Below are positions 49,165 through 58,600 of a DNA stretch of 64,000 nucleotides, one piece after another. The notes beneath the pieces were generated by a model. It did not search any database. It was given only the letters and a program-made list of their open reading frames with translations, and was not told the DNA's origin. The DNA comes from an uncultured Acidobacteriota bacterium. GTDB taxonomy: Bacteria > Acidobacteriota > Vicinamibacteria > Vicinamibacterales > UBA2999. Both the position numbers and the translations under genes were made by a program. The number at the start of each line of letters is the position of its first letter. The first letter of the stretch is position 1. The stretch spans positions 51,615 to 115,614 of the forward strand of contig CAVYZF010000008.1 in NCBI GenBank assembly GCA_963772955.1. Reading direction: 5' to 3'.

Positions 49165-49404
49165 CTACGAGAGTCTGAACGCGCCGGCATCGGCGGATGC
49201 GAGCAAGAGGCGAGCGCGTGCTTCGTCGCTTTCGTCAACCATGATCTCAACGGTACCGAGGCCGCTAAGTGTCAAGCCGTGCGTGTGACGCAATGCCTCG
49301 CCGCGCTCGCTCGTGTGGATACCGGAAGCCTCGAGAAACGCACGGACTTGCTGTGAGTGCAGCTCACCGTTGGCGACGAAGACGCAGCGCAGTTCGTGGT
49401 TCAT
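49165..49404 (-). CDS. DUF2007-like small protein
   Basis: VRAFLEASGI...VEIMVDESDEARARLLL pattern. Confidence 0.7.
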   Translation of the reverse strand: MNHELRCVFVANGELHSQQVRAFLEASGIHTSERGEALRHTHGLTLSGLGTVEIMVDESDEARARLLLASADAGAFRLS

Positions 49405-49577
49405 GTGAAACCGTGTGAGGGTCTGACCCCGCACATCTCGTAGTTCCCCTGGATGTCCGGATCACCCCACGGAGTCTTCGGCGCCTTGTAGCTCTGTGCG
49501 CTCGGTTGCGCTGCGGCCACCGCGATCATCAACGCGCCGGCGCAGATGCCGGACGCCAACCGCACGTTCACGGTCAT
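49401..49577 (-). pseudogene. Truncated paralogue of the upstream secreted protein
   Basis: Signal peptide plus YKAPKTPWGDPDIQGNY (compare YVAPKTPWGDPDITGDY in 49574-50641), then it runs into the repeat element and stops. Confidence 0.7.
49418..49438. repeat. Dispersed GGGTCAGACCC element, copy 3
   Basis: AGGGTCTGACCCCGCACATCT. Confidence 0.7.
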
Positions 49578-50641
49578 TTGCTCGATCCCCCCGCTGCAGC
49601 CTGCTCTTCTGCCCTCGCTGCCGTGAGGATGTTGCGCAGTCCGTAGTTGCCTTCGTGACACGCGTACTCGAATGGCGGCTGGCTCGGGTCTTCCGTCAGG
49701 TTCATCGTGAAGGTCCACGGCGTCGCCCAGGTATGCGGATCGTCGAGCGTCACCGCCCACTCAACCGTGTCCGGACCAATCGGCGTGAACTTCTCGATCA
49801 TTTTCAGCTGGTCGCTCGAGCCGCGATACGGCACCTTGTCGGTGAAGTTGGTCGTCTCGACGACGAGCGTATTGCCTTCCCAGTGGCCGCGGCCGTCGCC
49901 GACGTACTGACGAATCGAACCGGCGATGTGCGGCCGGGAGTCGAGCGGAATCACGCGCGTGTCGTGCACCATCTCGTAGGTGATCGTGACGTAGCCCGGG
50001 CTCTGATGGATGTGGTACGAGTTGCCGTAGATGGCCGGCATCATCGAACCGGGGATGCCGCGCGTGATGCAACGATCGTAGAGGCTCCGGTCTTCCCATG
50101 AATCTGCCGGGCCGCGTCCCTTTCTCGTCGCCTGCCGTGCGCTCTGCCGCTGCCGTGCTTCCGCTGTCTGTTGCGGCACCTTGCCGTCGGCCGGTTCGGT
50201 GACGAGCCATGGGCGGCTGTTGGCGGCGTAGTAGTTCTCGAACCAGTGCATGGGGCTTGTCGCTCCCGGGAACTCGCTCAGTCCAGGAGTGCGTTCGATG
50301 GTCTGCTGCTGCCGCTGTTCGACCATCTTCGCGAGCTCGGTCGGCGTGAAGGAGTCGATGCTCCGCCCCGCATATTCGTCGGGTCGCTCAAAGGGGATGC
50401 CGCTCTCGTCGCTGTTGTTGTAATCGCCGGTGATGTCGGGATCACCCCACGGAGTCTTCGGCGCGACGTAGGTGCCGCGCTTGGGGATCGGCGCGATCTT
50501 CTTTTTCTCTGGAACCTCGCCGGCCTTGATCGGCTGTGCGCGTTGGGGTCCCTGCGGCGCCGCGGACTGCGCGGTCACTCCGCTGGAGGCGACGGCGACG
50601 ACGATAGCGATGATGACGAGGCGAAGAGAGCGAATCGACAT
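49574..50641 (-). CDS. Conserved secreted hypothetical protein (PWGDPD...GHWEGNTLVVETTNF...EYACHEGN family)
   Basis: Signal peptide and motifs shared with 61411-62208. Confidence 0.8.
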   Translation of the reverse strand: MSIRSLRLVIIAIVVAVASSGVTAQSAAPQGPQRAQPIKAGEVPEKKKIAPIPKRGTYVAPKTPWGDPDITGDYNNSDESGIPFERPDEYAGRSIDSFTPTELAKMVEQRQQQTIERTPGLSEFPGATSPMHWFENYYAANSRPWLVTEPADGKVPQQTAEARQRQSARQATRKGRGPADSWEDRSLYDRCITRGIPGSMMPAIYGNSYHIHQSPGYVTITYEMVHDTRVIPLDSRPHIAGSIRQYVGDGRGHWEGNTLVVETTNFTDKVPYRGSSDQLKMIEKFTPIGPDTVEWAVTLDDPHTWATPWTFTMNLTEDPSQPPFEYACHEGNYGLRNILTAARAEEQAAAGGSSK

Positions 50642-52132
50642 TTAGGATGCACCCAGTTCCTTGAGAAGCTTTGCTGTGCGGTCGTAGACCGGCGGCGGTC
50701 CGCCCGCGCGGCCGCGACCACCGACGCCCATCGCCATGTCGACAGGCGTGCGGCCTTTCTTGTCCTTCGCGTCGAGATTCGCCCCGGCCTTGGCCAGCAC
50801 TCTCACGATCGAGTCGAGGCCGCCCTGCGCCGCCAGGTGAATCGCCGTAATGCCATCGTCGGTGGAGGCATTGACGTCCACCTTGCGCTCGACCAGAAGC
50901 TCAACGGCTTGACGGAGGTCGGCCTCGGTGCCGTAGTCCTTCGCGAAGACGCCGAGTCCGCGCCCGAGTCCCGACGCCATCATCAATGCCGTCGTGCCGC
51001 GCGGCTGCGTGAGCGTCGGGTCCGCTCCGGCTGCGAGCAGGATCTTCATCGCGGCGAAGTCGCCATTTCTTGCCGCGCGCATCAGCGGGGTCGTACCGGC
51101 ACCGAGCTGCGGCTCGCCGGGAGTGTGATTCCGCTGCAGCGTCGCCGACGTCAACCGCGCGTCGACGACGGAGCCCCTGGCGATGAGGTGCGACATCAGG
51201 TCGGTCGGCTTGAGCGTGTCCTGAACCTTGCGCGGTGGCATCCCGTACACCTCACCGAGCGAGCTCATGTCCACTGCGGCGTAAAGAGCTGCCATGCCTG
51301 CCTTGTCGACGATGTTCGGATCGGCGCCCGCCTCGAGGATCGCGTTGGCCGTGTCGTAGTGGGCGTTCATGATCGCCAGCATCAGGGGCGTGGTGCCATC
51401 GGGGTCCGTCGCATTGATCTCCGCGCCGGCCTTCGCGAGCGCGCGTGAGGAATCCACACCGCCATCACGTGCCGCATACATCAACGGCGTCCAGTTCCCG
51501 TGCGGAAGGATCGTCAGCACGCCTTCGAGGCCGAAGCGGTCCTTCGGGAACTGAATGACCGACGAACGAGCGTTCACGGTTGCGCCGCGGCTGACGAGCA
51601 GCGTGACGACGTCCGCGTGATTCTCGGACGCAGCCCACATCAGTGCTGTCTCGCCGAGCTGCGATTCTCTGGCGTTGACGTCGGCGCCGCGATCGACGAG
51701 CACCGTCACTGCTGCGACGTTTCCCGTCCGGGCCGCGGTCATCAAGACGGTCTGGCCCCTGGAGACGATCGTGTTGGCACTTGCGCCGGCGGCGAGGAGC
51801 GCCGCGATCATCGCGGGGTTTCCGTTGACGGCGGCCAATGACAGCGGCGTGACGCCATAGCGGTTGGCCGCGCTCGCGTTGGCGCCCGCGCCGAGGAGCG
51901 CCTTCGAAGTCTCGAGGTCGTCGGAACGAACGGCCCAGTGAAGCGGCGTCGTGCCGTCGGCCTCGGTGGCTCTCACCTCCGCCGGGTCCTTGAGGAGCTT
52001 CCGGACCGCTTCGCGATCTCCAGCCTGAATCGCTTCCGCGAGCCGTGACTCACTTCTTCCCGCACTCAGCGACGCTGCAGACAGCAGAGCGACGAGGACC
52101 ACCCTGGGCACGTATCGCATGGTTCGTCTCAT
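50642..52132 (-). CDS. Secreted ankyrin-repeat protein
   Basis: Many G.TPL..A repeats; signal peptide. Confidence 0.92.
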   Translation of the reverse strand: MRRTMRYVPRVVLVALLSAASLSAGRSESRLAEAIQAGDREAVRKLLKDPAEVRATEADGTTPLHWAVRSDDLETSKALLGAGANASAANRYGVTPLSLAAVNGNPAMIAALLAAGASANTIVSRGQTVLMTAARTGNVAAVTVLVDRGADVNARESQLGETALMWAASENHADVVTLLVSRGATVNARSSVIQFPKDRFGLEGVLTILPHGNWTPLMYAARDGGVDSSRALAKAGAEINATDPDGTTPLMLAIMNAHYDTANAILEAGADPNIVDKAGMAALYAAVDMSSLGEVYGMPPRKVQDTLKPTDLMSHLIARGSVVDARLTSATLQRNHTPGEPQLGAGTTPLMRAARNGDFAAMKILLAAGADPTLTQPRGTTALMMASGLGRGLGVFAKDYGTEADLRQAVELLVERKVDVNASTDDGITAIHLAAQGGLDSIVRVLAKAGANLDAKDKKGRTPVDMAMGVGGRGRAGGPPPVYDRTAKLLKELGAS

Positions 52133-53460
52133 CAACTGAAGAGGTCCTCGACGCGTCCGTTGCTGTCGCCAAACGTATCGATCTGACTGCCGTACTTGTT
52201 GGCGACGGCCAGCCACAGGTTGCCGACCGGCGTCTGTGGCTTCACCTTGATGTGGCGATGTCCCTTGCCCACGCCGCCGCCGACGGCGAGGACCGGCAGC
52301 GGATCGCTGGCGTGCCCGTTCGGGTTGCCCATGCCGCCGCCGTAGAAGATCAACGAGTGATCGAGCAGCGACCCGTCGCCATCCGGCGTCGCGCGAAGCT
52401 TCTCGAGGAACTTCGCAAAAAGCCCCATGTGGTAGGTGTTCACCTTGACGTTCTGCGCGATCTTCTGCGCGTCGTTGCCGTGGTGCGACACGGAGTGGTG
52501 CTGCTCGGTGACGCCGATGTTCGGGTACGTGCGCTGGCTCAGCTCGCGAGACAGCATGAACGTAAAGACTCGAGTGACATCGGCCTGATACGCCACGGCG
52601 AGCAAGTCGTACATCAATCCCACGTGCTCTTCGAAGGAGTCCGGTACGCCCACGGGCACGTCAATGTTCACCTCGACCCGGCCCTGAGCTTCCGCCCGCT
52701 GGATGCGCCGCTCGATCTCGCGCAGGTTGTCCAGGTAGTCGCTCACCCGGCGACGGTCGCGCGCGTCGAGGCCGCGCTGCAGCTTGCGCGCTTCGTCGGC
52801 AACCGAGTCGAGCATGCTGCGATCATCCCGAGTGCGCGCAGCGCGCTGCGCCGGGCTGCCGCCCTGCCCGAACATCCGCTCGAACACGACGCGAGGATTG
52901 ATGTCCATCGGCAGCGGCGTCGACGGCGAGCTCCACGTGACCGTGTTGAGGTACACGCAGTTGAACCCGGGCGAGCACGCACCGACGTAGCCGGTGAAGT
53001 CTTCGGTCGCCACTTCGAGCGATGGGAACGGCGTGTCCTGTCCGATCTGTTGCGCGACGACCTGATCGACGCTGGTGTTCGCGAGGACGTCCTCGGCCTC
53101 GGTTCGCTTCGGCCACACGCCCGTCAGGAATCCGGCGGCGCTCACCGCGTGATCGCCGACCTGGCTGCCCGGATGCGAGCGAGTCAGGTTGGTTACGAGG
53201 ACGAGTTGATCCTTGTAGGGCTCGATCGGCTGGAGGATCGGCTTGATGTCGAATCCGGGTCCGACGATCTCCGGAATCCACTGCTCCATGATGGCGCCGT
53301 TCGGAATGTAGATGGCGCCGAACCGCGTGCGTGGACGCGCCTGCGCGCGCGCGAGCGGTGTCAACGCAGGAAACATCGAATCGAGCAGCGGCAGTGCAAC
53401 GGCGGCGCCGACACCTCTGAGAAACGTGCGGCGCGGCAATGCGATCTTGGATACGAACAT
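52132..53460 (-). CDS. DUF1552-family protein (Tat signal)
   Basis: RRTFLRGVG..VALPLLDSM, YIPNG, SVDQVVA, HHSVSHH. Confidence 0.9.
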   Translation of the reverse strand: MFVSKIALPRRTFLRGVGAAVALPLLDSMFPALTPLARAQARPRTRFGAIYIPNGAIMEQWIPEIVGPGFDIKPILQPIEPYKDQLVLVTNLTRSHPGSQVGDHAVSAAGFLTGVWPKRTEAEDVLANTSVDQVVAQQIGQDTPFPSLEVATEDFTGYVGACSPGFNCVYLNTVTWSSPSTPLPMDINPRVVFERMFGQGGSPAQRAARTRDDRSMLDSVADEARKLQRGLDARDRRRVSDYLDNLREIERRIQRAEAQGRVEVNIDVPVGVPDSFEEHVGLMYDLLAVAYQADVTRVFTFMLSRELSQRTYPNIGVTEQHHSVSHHGNDAQKIAQNVKVNTYHMGLFAKFLEKLRATPDGDGSLLDHSLIFYGGGMGNPNGHASDPLPVLAVGGGVGKGHRHIKVKPQTPVGNLWLAVANKYGSQIDTFGDSNGRVEDLFS

Positions 53461-53470
53461 CAGGTCACTC

Positions 53471-55936
53471 CTAGGGAGCCGAAGACGTGGATTCCTCTGA
53501 CACCGGCTTGACGCGCATCTGGAACGGAACGCTCTTCACGATCCCGAGCACCAGCGACGAGAAGCGATAGTCGTTCGCGGATGCGTCATGAAGGATGCGT
53601 CGAATGCCGGGCATGTCTTCCGCGCTCACGCCGCGGCCGAGCGCGTAGATCATCATCTTCTCCGTCATCGTGCCGACGAAGAGCTCCGGCCGATCGAGAA
53701 TCGCTTGACGCAGGGTGACGACGCCATCCACGGGACGGCCGTCTGCAAGCTGCCCGGACGCGTCGATCGGACCGCCGGCCTCCTGCGTTCGCCACGCCCC
53801 CACTGCGTCGAAGTTCTCGAGTGCCAAGCCGACCGGATCCATCACCTTGTGGCAGGTCGCGCACGTCGGGTTGGTGCGATGCTCCGCCATCTGCTCGCGC
53901 AGCGTCTTCGGCTTCTGACCCTCTTCCGCGGGCTTCAGCTGCGGCACGTCCGGCGGTGGCGGCGGTACGGGCAGGCCCACGATGTTTTCGAGCACCCATT
54001 TACCTCGAAGCACTGGGGAGGTTCTCTCTGCGTGAGACGTCACCGCCAGCATGCTGCCTTTTCCCAGAATGCCCTTCCGCGCATCGTCAGTGACCGCCAC
54101 GCGACGGAAGCGGCTGCCGTAGATCCCAGGGATCCCGTAGTGGCGCGCGAGTCGCTCGTTCACGAAGGTGTAGTCGGCGCGCAGCAGATCGAGGACGTTG
54201 CGATCTTCGCGGATGATGCTCTCGAAGAGCAGTTCGGTCTCGCGGCGGAACGACTGACGCAGGTTGTCGTCGAAGTCCGGGAACTCGTCTGAGTTGGGCA
54301 GCACACTCCGGACGTTGCGCAGTTGCAGCCATTGGCCGGCGAAGTTTTCGACGAGTGCGCTCGATTTCGGATCGGCGAGCATGCGCCGAACCTGCTGGTC
54401 GAGCACGACCGGATCCTTCAGCCGGCCGCGACTGGCGACGTCGAGCAATGTGTCGTCGGGGATGCTGCTCCACAGGAAGAATGAGAGCCGTGAGGCGAGC
54501 TCGACGTCGGAGACTCGATACGGCGTCCCCGGCGTGACGGAATCGGGATCGTGCTCGACACGGAATGCGAATCGCGGACTCGCGAGGATGCGCTCGAGAC
54601 CCCGCTGAACGCCGCTTTCGAACGTCCCCCTGCGACGGGCCGCATCGTAGAAGTCGAGGATTGGTTCGAGCTCCGCTTTTGAAACCGGTTGCCGATACGC
54701 GCGGCGCGCGAGCCGGCTCAGGATCTCCGTCGCGCAGTCACGTTCGCGTCGCGGCGTGGCCGGTCGACAGGTGAAAATCTCCTGGCGGCTTGCAGTCTCG
54801 CCGGTCGCCACCGCGTTGAATGGCCCGGTGACGCTGAAGGTCTGGATATGTGGCCGTCCCGCCCAATCGAAGTTGTCAGCTGAACTGCGCAAGAAGGGCT
54901 GCAGCCTGACCGTGTCTTTCACCGACATGTTCTCGATGAACGTCGCGGTCACTTCGTGCGGGCCGGCCTTTACCGGCACGCGCACCCGCATGCGCAGCTC
55001 CACCGCGTCTCCCGTGTCCGTCGGCTTGTCGTACATCGCCGCCAGATCGTCGTTGCCGCCGATGGTCACGTGATGCACCTGCTGGCCATCGATCGCGATC
55101 TCGAACTCGCTCGGGTACTGCAGCCCACGCACGATGTTCAGATTGGTGCGATAGAGCTGTGTGCGGAACTCGTACTCGGCATCGAGCGGGAACGTATGCT
55201 GGACCCGTAAGCCGCCGACTGTGCCCAGCGGAAGTCCTTCGATGTGCTGGTTCTGCGACACATCCTGCTGGACGCGATAGGTATCGCTGCCTGCCCGCAT
55301 CGCCAAATCGCCCACAGCGAGCCGGCTCACTCGACCGGCGGCGGTGAGGTAGCGCTCCTGCAATGACGGCGACACGCCGAGCACGTCGGAAATGTTGTCG
55401 AAGCCGTACGCGGAGTCGTCGGGTGGCAGCAGCGCCGTCACGTCGACATCCAGGTTCAGCAGATCTCGAATCGCGTTCCTGTACTCCGCGCGATTGAGTC
55501 GATGGAGCAGCGGACGCCCGGGATTCGGTTGCGCGGCGGCGGCCTGGTCGAGACTCGTCTCGAGCGACGCGATAAGCGCGTGCATCGTCGCGTCGTCAGG
55601 TCGTCGAGCGCCCTGCGGCGGCATGACGCCCGCGCGCAGCTTGCGGACGACCTTCTCCCAGACCTCGACGTTGTTTGCGACGTGGGCGACGTCCGCGTTC
55701 TCGAGCACGAGATCGCCCGACTTGAGACGCGTACTGTGGCAGGTCACGCAGTACTGGTCGATAGTGGCTTTGGGGCCGGGATCCGGGGCCCGGGATCCGG
55801 GATCCGGGACCCGGGACCCGGGATCCGGGATTCGGGATCCGGGATTCGTGGCCTGAGCGCTCAGGATCGCCCGGGCGCCGATGAGCGCCGAGCAGAGAAT
55901 CCACGTACAAACGAGTAGCCGTCTGGTCATGAGCAT
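53471..55936 (-). CDS. DUF1587/1595/1592/1588/1585 cytochrome c-type protein
   Basis: CVTCH, MPP, RLNRAEY, ELASRLSFFLWSS, TSPVLRGKW, CATCH. Confidence 0.9.
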   Translation of the reverse strand: MLMTRRLLVCTWILCSALIGARAILSAQATNPGSRIPDPGSRVPDPGSRAPDPGPKATIDQYCVTCHSTRLKSGDLVLENADVAHVANNVEVWEKVVRKLRAGVMPPQGARRPDDATMHALIASLETSLDQAAAAQPNPGRPLLHRLNRAEYRNAIRDLLNLDVDVTALLPPDDSAYGFDNISDVLGVSPSLQERYLTAAGRVSRLAVGDLAMRAGSDTYRVQQDVSQNQHIEGLPLGTVGGLRVQHTFPLDAEYEFRTQLYRTNLNIVRGLQYPSEFEIAIDGQQVHHVTIGGNDDLAAMYDKPTDTGDAVELRMRVRVPVKAGPHEVTATFIENMSVKDTVRLQPFLRSSADNFDWAGRPHIQTFSVTGPFNAVATGETASRQEIFTCRPATPRRERDCATEILSRLARRAYRQPVSKAELEPILDFYDAARRRGTFESGVQRGLERILASPRFAFRVEHDPDSVTPGTPYRVSDVELASRLSFFLWSSIPDDTLLDVASRGRLKDPVVLDQQVRRMLADPKSSALVENFAGQWLQLRNVRSVLPNSDEFPDFDDNLRQSFRRETELLFESIIREDRNVLDLLRADYTFVNERLARHYGIPGIYGSRFRRVAVTDDARKGILGKGSMLAVTSHAERTSPVLRGKWVLENIVGLPVPPPPPDVPQLKPAEEGQKPKTLREQMAEHRTNPTCATCHKVMDPVGLALENFDAVGAWRTQEAGGPIDASGQLADGRPVDGVVTLRQAILDRPELFVGTMTEKMMIYALGRGVSAEDMPGIRRILHDASANDYRFSSLVLGIVKSVPFQMRVKPVSEESTSSAP
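55772..55847. repeat. Heptamer tandem repeat in frame within a CDS
   Basis: About eleven CGGGATC-like units encoding [25 protein letters not shown]. Confidence 0.85.
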
Positions 55937-56139
55937 CCGAGCACCCACCAATATGCCAGATTCTCGGGCCGATCGCGCGTCCGAACCACCCCCCGCGATC
56001 ATGTAATGCCGTGGCACTCTGCCGCGGAAATGCGGGCGTTTTCACGGTAGCTGCGCATCACGGTGCCGGCGGCGGTCCGCGCGATTTGGCGTACTATCTG
56101 GACACCGCCGACCGGGCGGCTTTTCCAAAGGACCGAGCG

Positions 56140-56727
56140 ATGCGGAAAACAGTTGGCGTGTTCATGGCCTCGGCGTTCATCGCGGCGGCCATTGGCGTTG
56201 TCGTCTCACCCGTGGCGGCTCAGCAGCCGCGCGCGGCCGGAGGCACTGTGACCTCGTTCTACGACCTCACGACGATGGCTCTCGATGGCAAGCCGGGCAA
56301 CCTGGCTCAGTACAAGGGGAAGGTCAGCCTGGTGGTCAACGTCGCGAGCAAGTGCGGGTTTACGCCGCAGTACGAAGGACTCGAGAAACTGCAACGGGAG
56401 ATGAAGGGCAAGGGCTTCAACGTGCTCGGTTTCCCGAGCAACGATTTCGGTGGTCAGGAGCCTGGGACGGCGCAGGAGATCGCGACCTTCTGCAAGCTGA
56501 CCTACGACGTGACGTTCCCGATGTTCGAGAAAGTCGTGACCAAGAAGGGCGCAGGTCAATCGGCCATCTACACGTTCCTTGGTGAGACGGGCAACCTCCC
56601 GGCCTGGAACTTCAGCAAGTACGTCGTGGACAAGAATGGCAAGGTCGTGGCCTTCTTCCCGAGCGCGGTCACGCCAGAGGATCCGGCGCTGCGTGCCGCG
56701 ATCGCGAAGGCCCTCGCGAGCAGCTAG
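56140..56727 (+). CDS. Glutathione peroxidase-like peroxiredoxin with a signal peptide
   Basis: VNVASKCGFTPQY, GFPSNDFGGQEPG, WNFSK. Confidence 0.93.
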   Translation: MRKTVGVFMASAFIAAAIGVVVSPVAAQQPRAAGGTVTSFYDLTTMALDGKPGNLAQYKGKVSLVVNVASKCGFTPQYEGLEKLQREMKGKGFNVLGFPSNDFGGQEPGTAQEIATFCKLTYDVTFPMFEKVVTKKGAGQSAIYTFLGETGNLPAWNFSKYVVDKNGKVVAFFPSAVTPEDPALRAAIAKALASS

Positions 56728-56825
56728 TCTCGAGACGCTCCACGATTCCGTACGCGGGCTGACGATGGTATCGTCGTCGGCCTGGTACGGAAGCCGCACC
56801 TTCTATCGACGGAGGGCGGCTGAAC

Positions 56826-57206
56826 GTGGACCTGAGTCTCGAACGTCGAATCGAAATCCTCGAAGGAAACATGGAACAACTGCGCGATGTGCCTGCCAGG
56901 CTCTTCGCCGTCGAGTCGCAGATCGTGCAACTCCGCGACGAGATGCACACTGGATTTTCCGCGCTCCGCACCGAGATGCGCACGTGCGAGGAGGGGCTTC
57001 GTGCGGAGATACGCTCGTGCGAAGAGGGGCTTCGCGCGGAGATGCGTCAAGGCCACGAGACACTTCGCGCGGAGATGCGGACGTTGAATGAGGAGACGAA
57101 CGCACACTTGCGCGTCCTGCATGAAGACGTGATTTCGCGCATCGCGGTTCTGCAGGAAGGCCGCCCGGCCTCGCCTCGCAGGAGCCGACGACGGAAGACG
57201 CGCTAG
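56826..57206 (+). CDS. Small coiled-coil protein with 11-aa repeats
   Basis: LRTEMRTCEEG/LRAEIRSCEEG/LRAEMRQGHET/LRAEMRTLNEE. RBS GGAGG. Confidence 0.7.
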   Translation: MDLSLERRIEILEGNMEQLRDVPARLFAVESQIVQLRDEMHTGFSALRTEMRTCEEGLRAEIRSCEEGLRAEMRQGHETLRAEMRTLNEETNAHLRVLHEDVISRIAVLQEGRPASPRRSRRRKTR

Positions 57207-58600
57207 GCGGCTTTGGCGGGTTGGAGGAACTCGCGCAGATCCAGGCCGTCCGGCGCGGGCAGGCTCTGCGTGATGTGCCGCGCGTAGCCGCCTGATGACT
57301 CCCGTTCGGACGTATCGACTTGCCCGATGGGTTTGTAGGTTTCTTCGTCGACGAGCGTGAGCAGCGGATGCAGCGGCTCGCGACGGTTGGTCTGCACGAC
57401 GAGCGCCAGCTCGTTTCTGTTCGTGCGAACAAGCGATCCGACCGGGAAGAACGTGATCGTGTTCACGAACGTCTTCACGAGACCTGTGTTGAGTTTCTCG
57501 CCCGCCATGCGCGCCAAGATCAGGCACGCGCGTTCTGGCGGAGTCGGCGCCTGATACGTGCGCGCGCCGGTGATCGCCTCGTAGATGTCCGCGACGGAGA
57601 CGATCTGGCTCATGGGATGGGGAATGGCCTCGCCCAGATCCGGATAGCCAGCACCCTTCACGCTCCGGTGATGCTCGAGCGCCACTGTCGGCGTGAGCGG
57701 ATGCAGTCCTTCGGTCTGAATCAAGATCTCGGCGCCCAGCGTCGTGTGTGCTTCGATCATGCGCCGCTCGGCTTTGTCCAGCGCGCCCGGCTTGCGCACG
57801 ATATCGAGCGGAATCTGCGTCTTGCCGACGTCGTGCAGCAGCGCCGCTTCAACGAGGGCCGCGAGCGTTGCTTCATCAAGACCGACCTGTTTGCCGATCA
57901 GCAGGCTGAGCATCGCGACGTTGACTGAGTGGCAGTACGTCAGGTTCTCGTATTGCTTGACGGCGAGAATCTGACCGAGGGCCGCGTTGCTGCGAGCGAC
58001 CTTGTAGATCAGCATTTGCACCAGGTCGCGCACCGTGACGACATCGAGAGGCTTGCCAGCGGTCGTGTCCTCCCACGTCTTCTGCGCCATTGAGAGCGAC
58101 TCGGCGTAGTCGGGATCGAGCGGGCCCGTCGGCGCATCAGCCCATTGCGGCGAGCGCCACCTCGTGTCGAGCGGCAGCAGCCGGCCGAGGCTGATGTGCT
58201 GCACGTTGCGCGCGGCGAGTTGGGCAGTCATCGACTCGCCGGACTCGGTGTACTGCCAGAGGAACTCGGCGACGGCAAGCAGTTCGTCGCGCTGCACGCC
58301 TTCCTGGACGTGAATGCTGTCGATGCCGAGCGTGGACAGCTGCGAGAGCAGCTGTTGATTCGCCTGGTTCTCGCTGGTCGAGGCGACACCGTCGAGGAAC
58401 ACGTCGCCGCGGATGACATCGATGCGAATCGGATTGCTGGCCTGCAGGAGACCGGCGATCGAGTCCTCGAGCTCTGTGAGCTTCTGGCCGATCATCGGGT
58501 GCCCGGCTGGATACGACCCAGTCAGTTTGCGAAGACTGGCCAGCCCGCGGAGGACGACGAGCGGATCGAGCGCCGGCGGTGTGGAGGTGGGTGTCGTCAT
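57203..58600 (-). CDS. Soluble HD-GYP domain protein
   Basis: TYCHSVNV, HDVGK, EHH...GAGYP, ADIYEA. Confidence 0.88.
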   Translation of the reverse strand: MTTPTSTPPALDPLVVLRGLASLRKLTGSYPAGHPMIGQKLTELEDSIAGLLQASNPIRIDVIRGDVFLDGVASTSENQANQQLLSQLSTLGIDSIHVQEGVQRDELLAVAEFLWQYTESGESMTAQLAARNVQHISLGRLLPLDTRWRSPQWADAPTGPLDPDYAESLSMAQKTWEDTTAGKPLDVVTVRDLVQMLIYKVARSNAALGQILAVKQYENLTYCHSVNVAMLSLLIGKQVGLDEATLAALVEAALLHDVGKTQIPLDIVRKPGALDKAERRMIEAHTTLGAEILIQTEGLHPLTPTVALEHHRSVKGAGYPDLGEAIPHPMSQIVSVADIYEAITGARTYQAPTPPERACLILARMAGEKLNTGLVKTFVNTITFFPVGSLVRTNRNELALVVQTNRREPLHPLLTLVDEETYKPIGQVDTSERESSGGYARHITQSLPAPDGLDLREFLQPAKAA

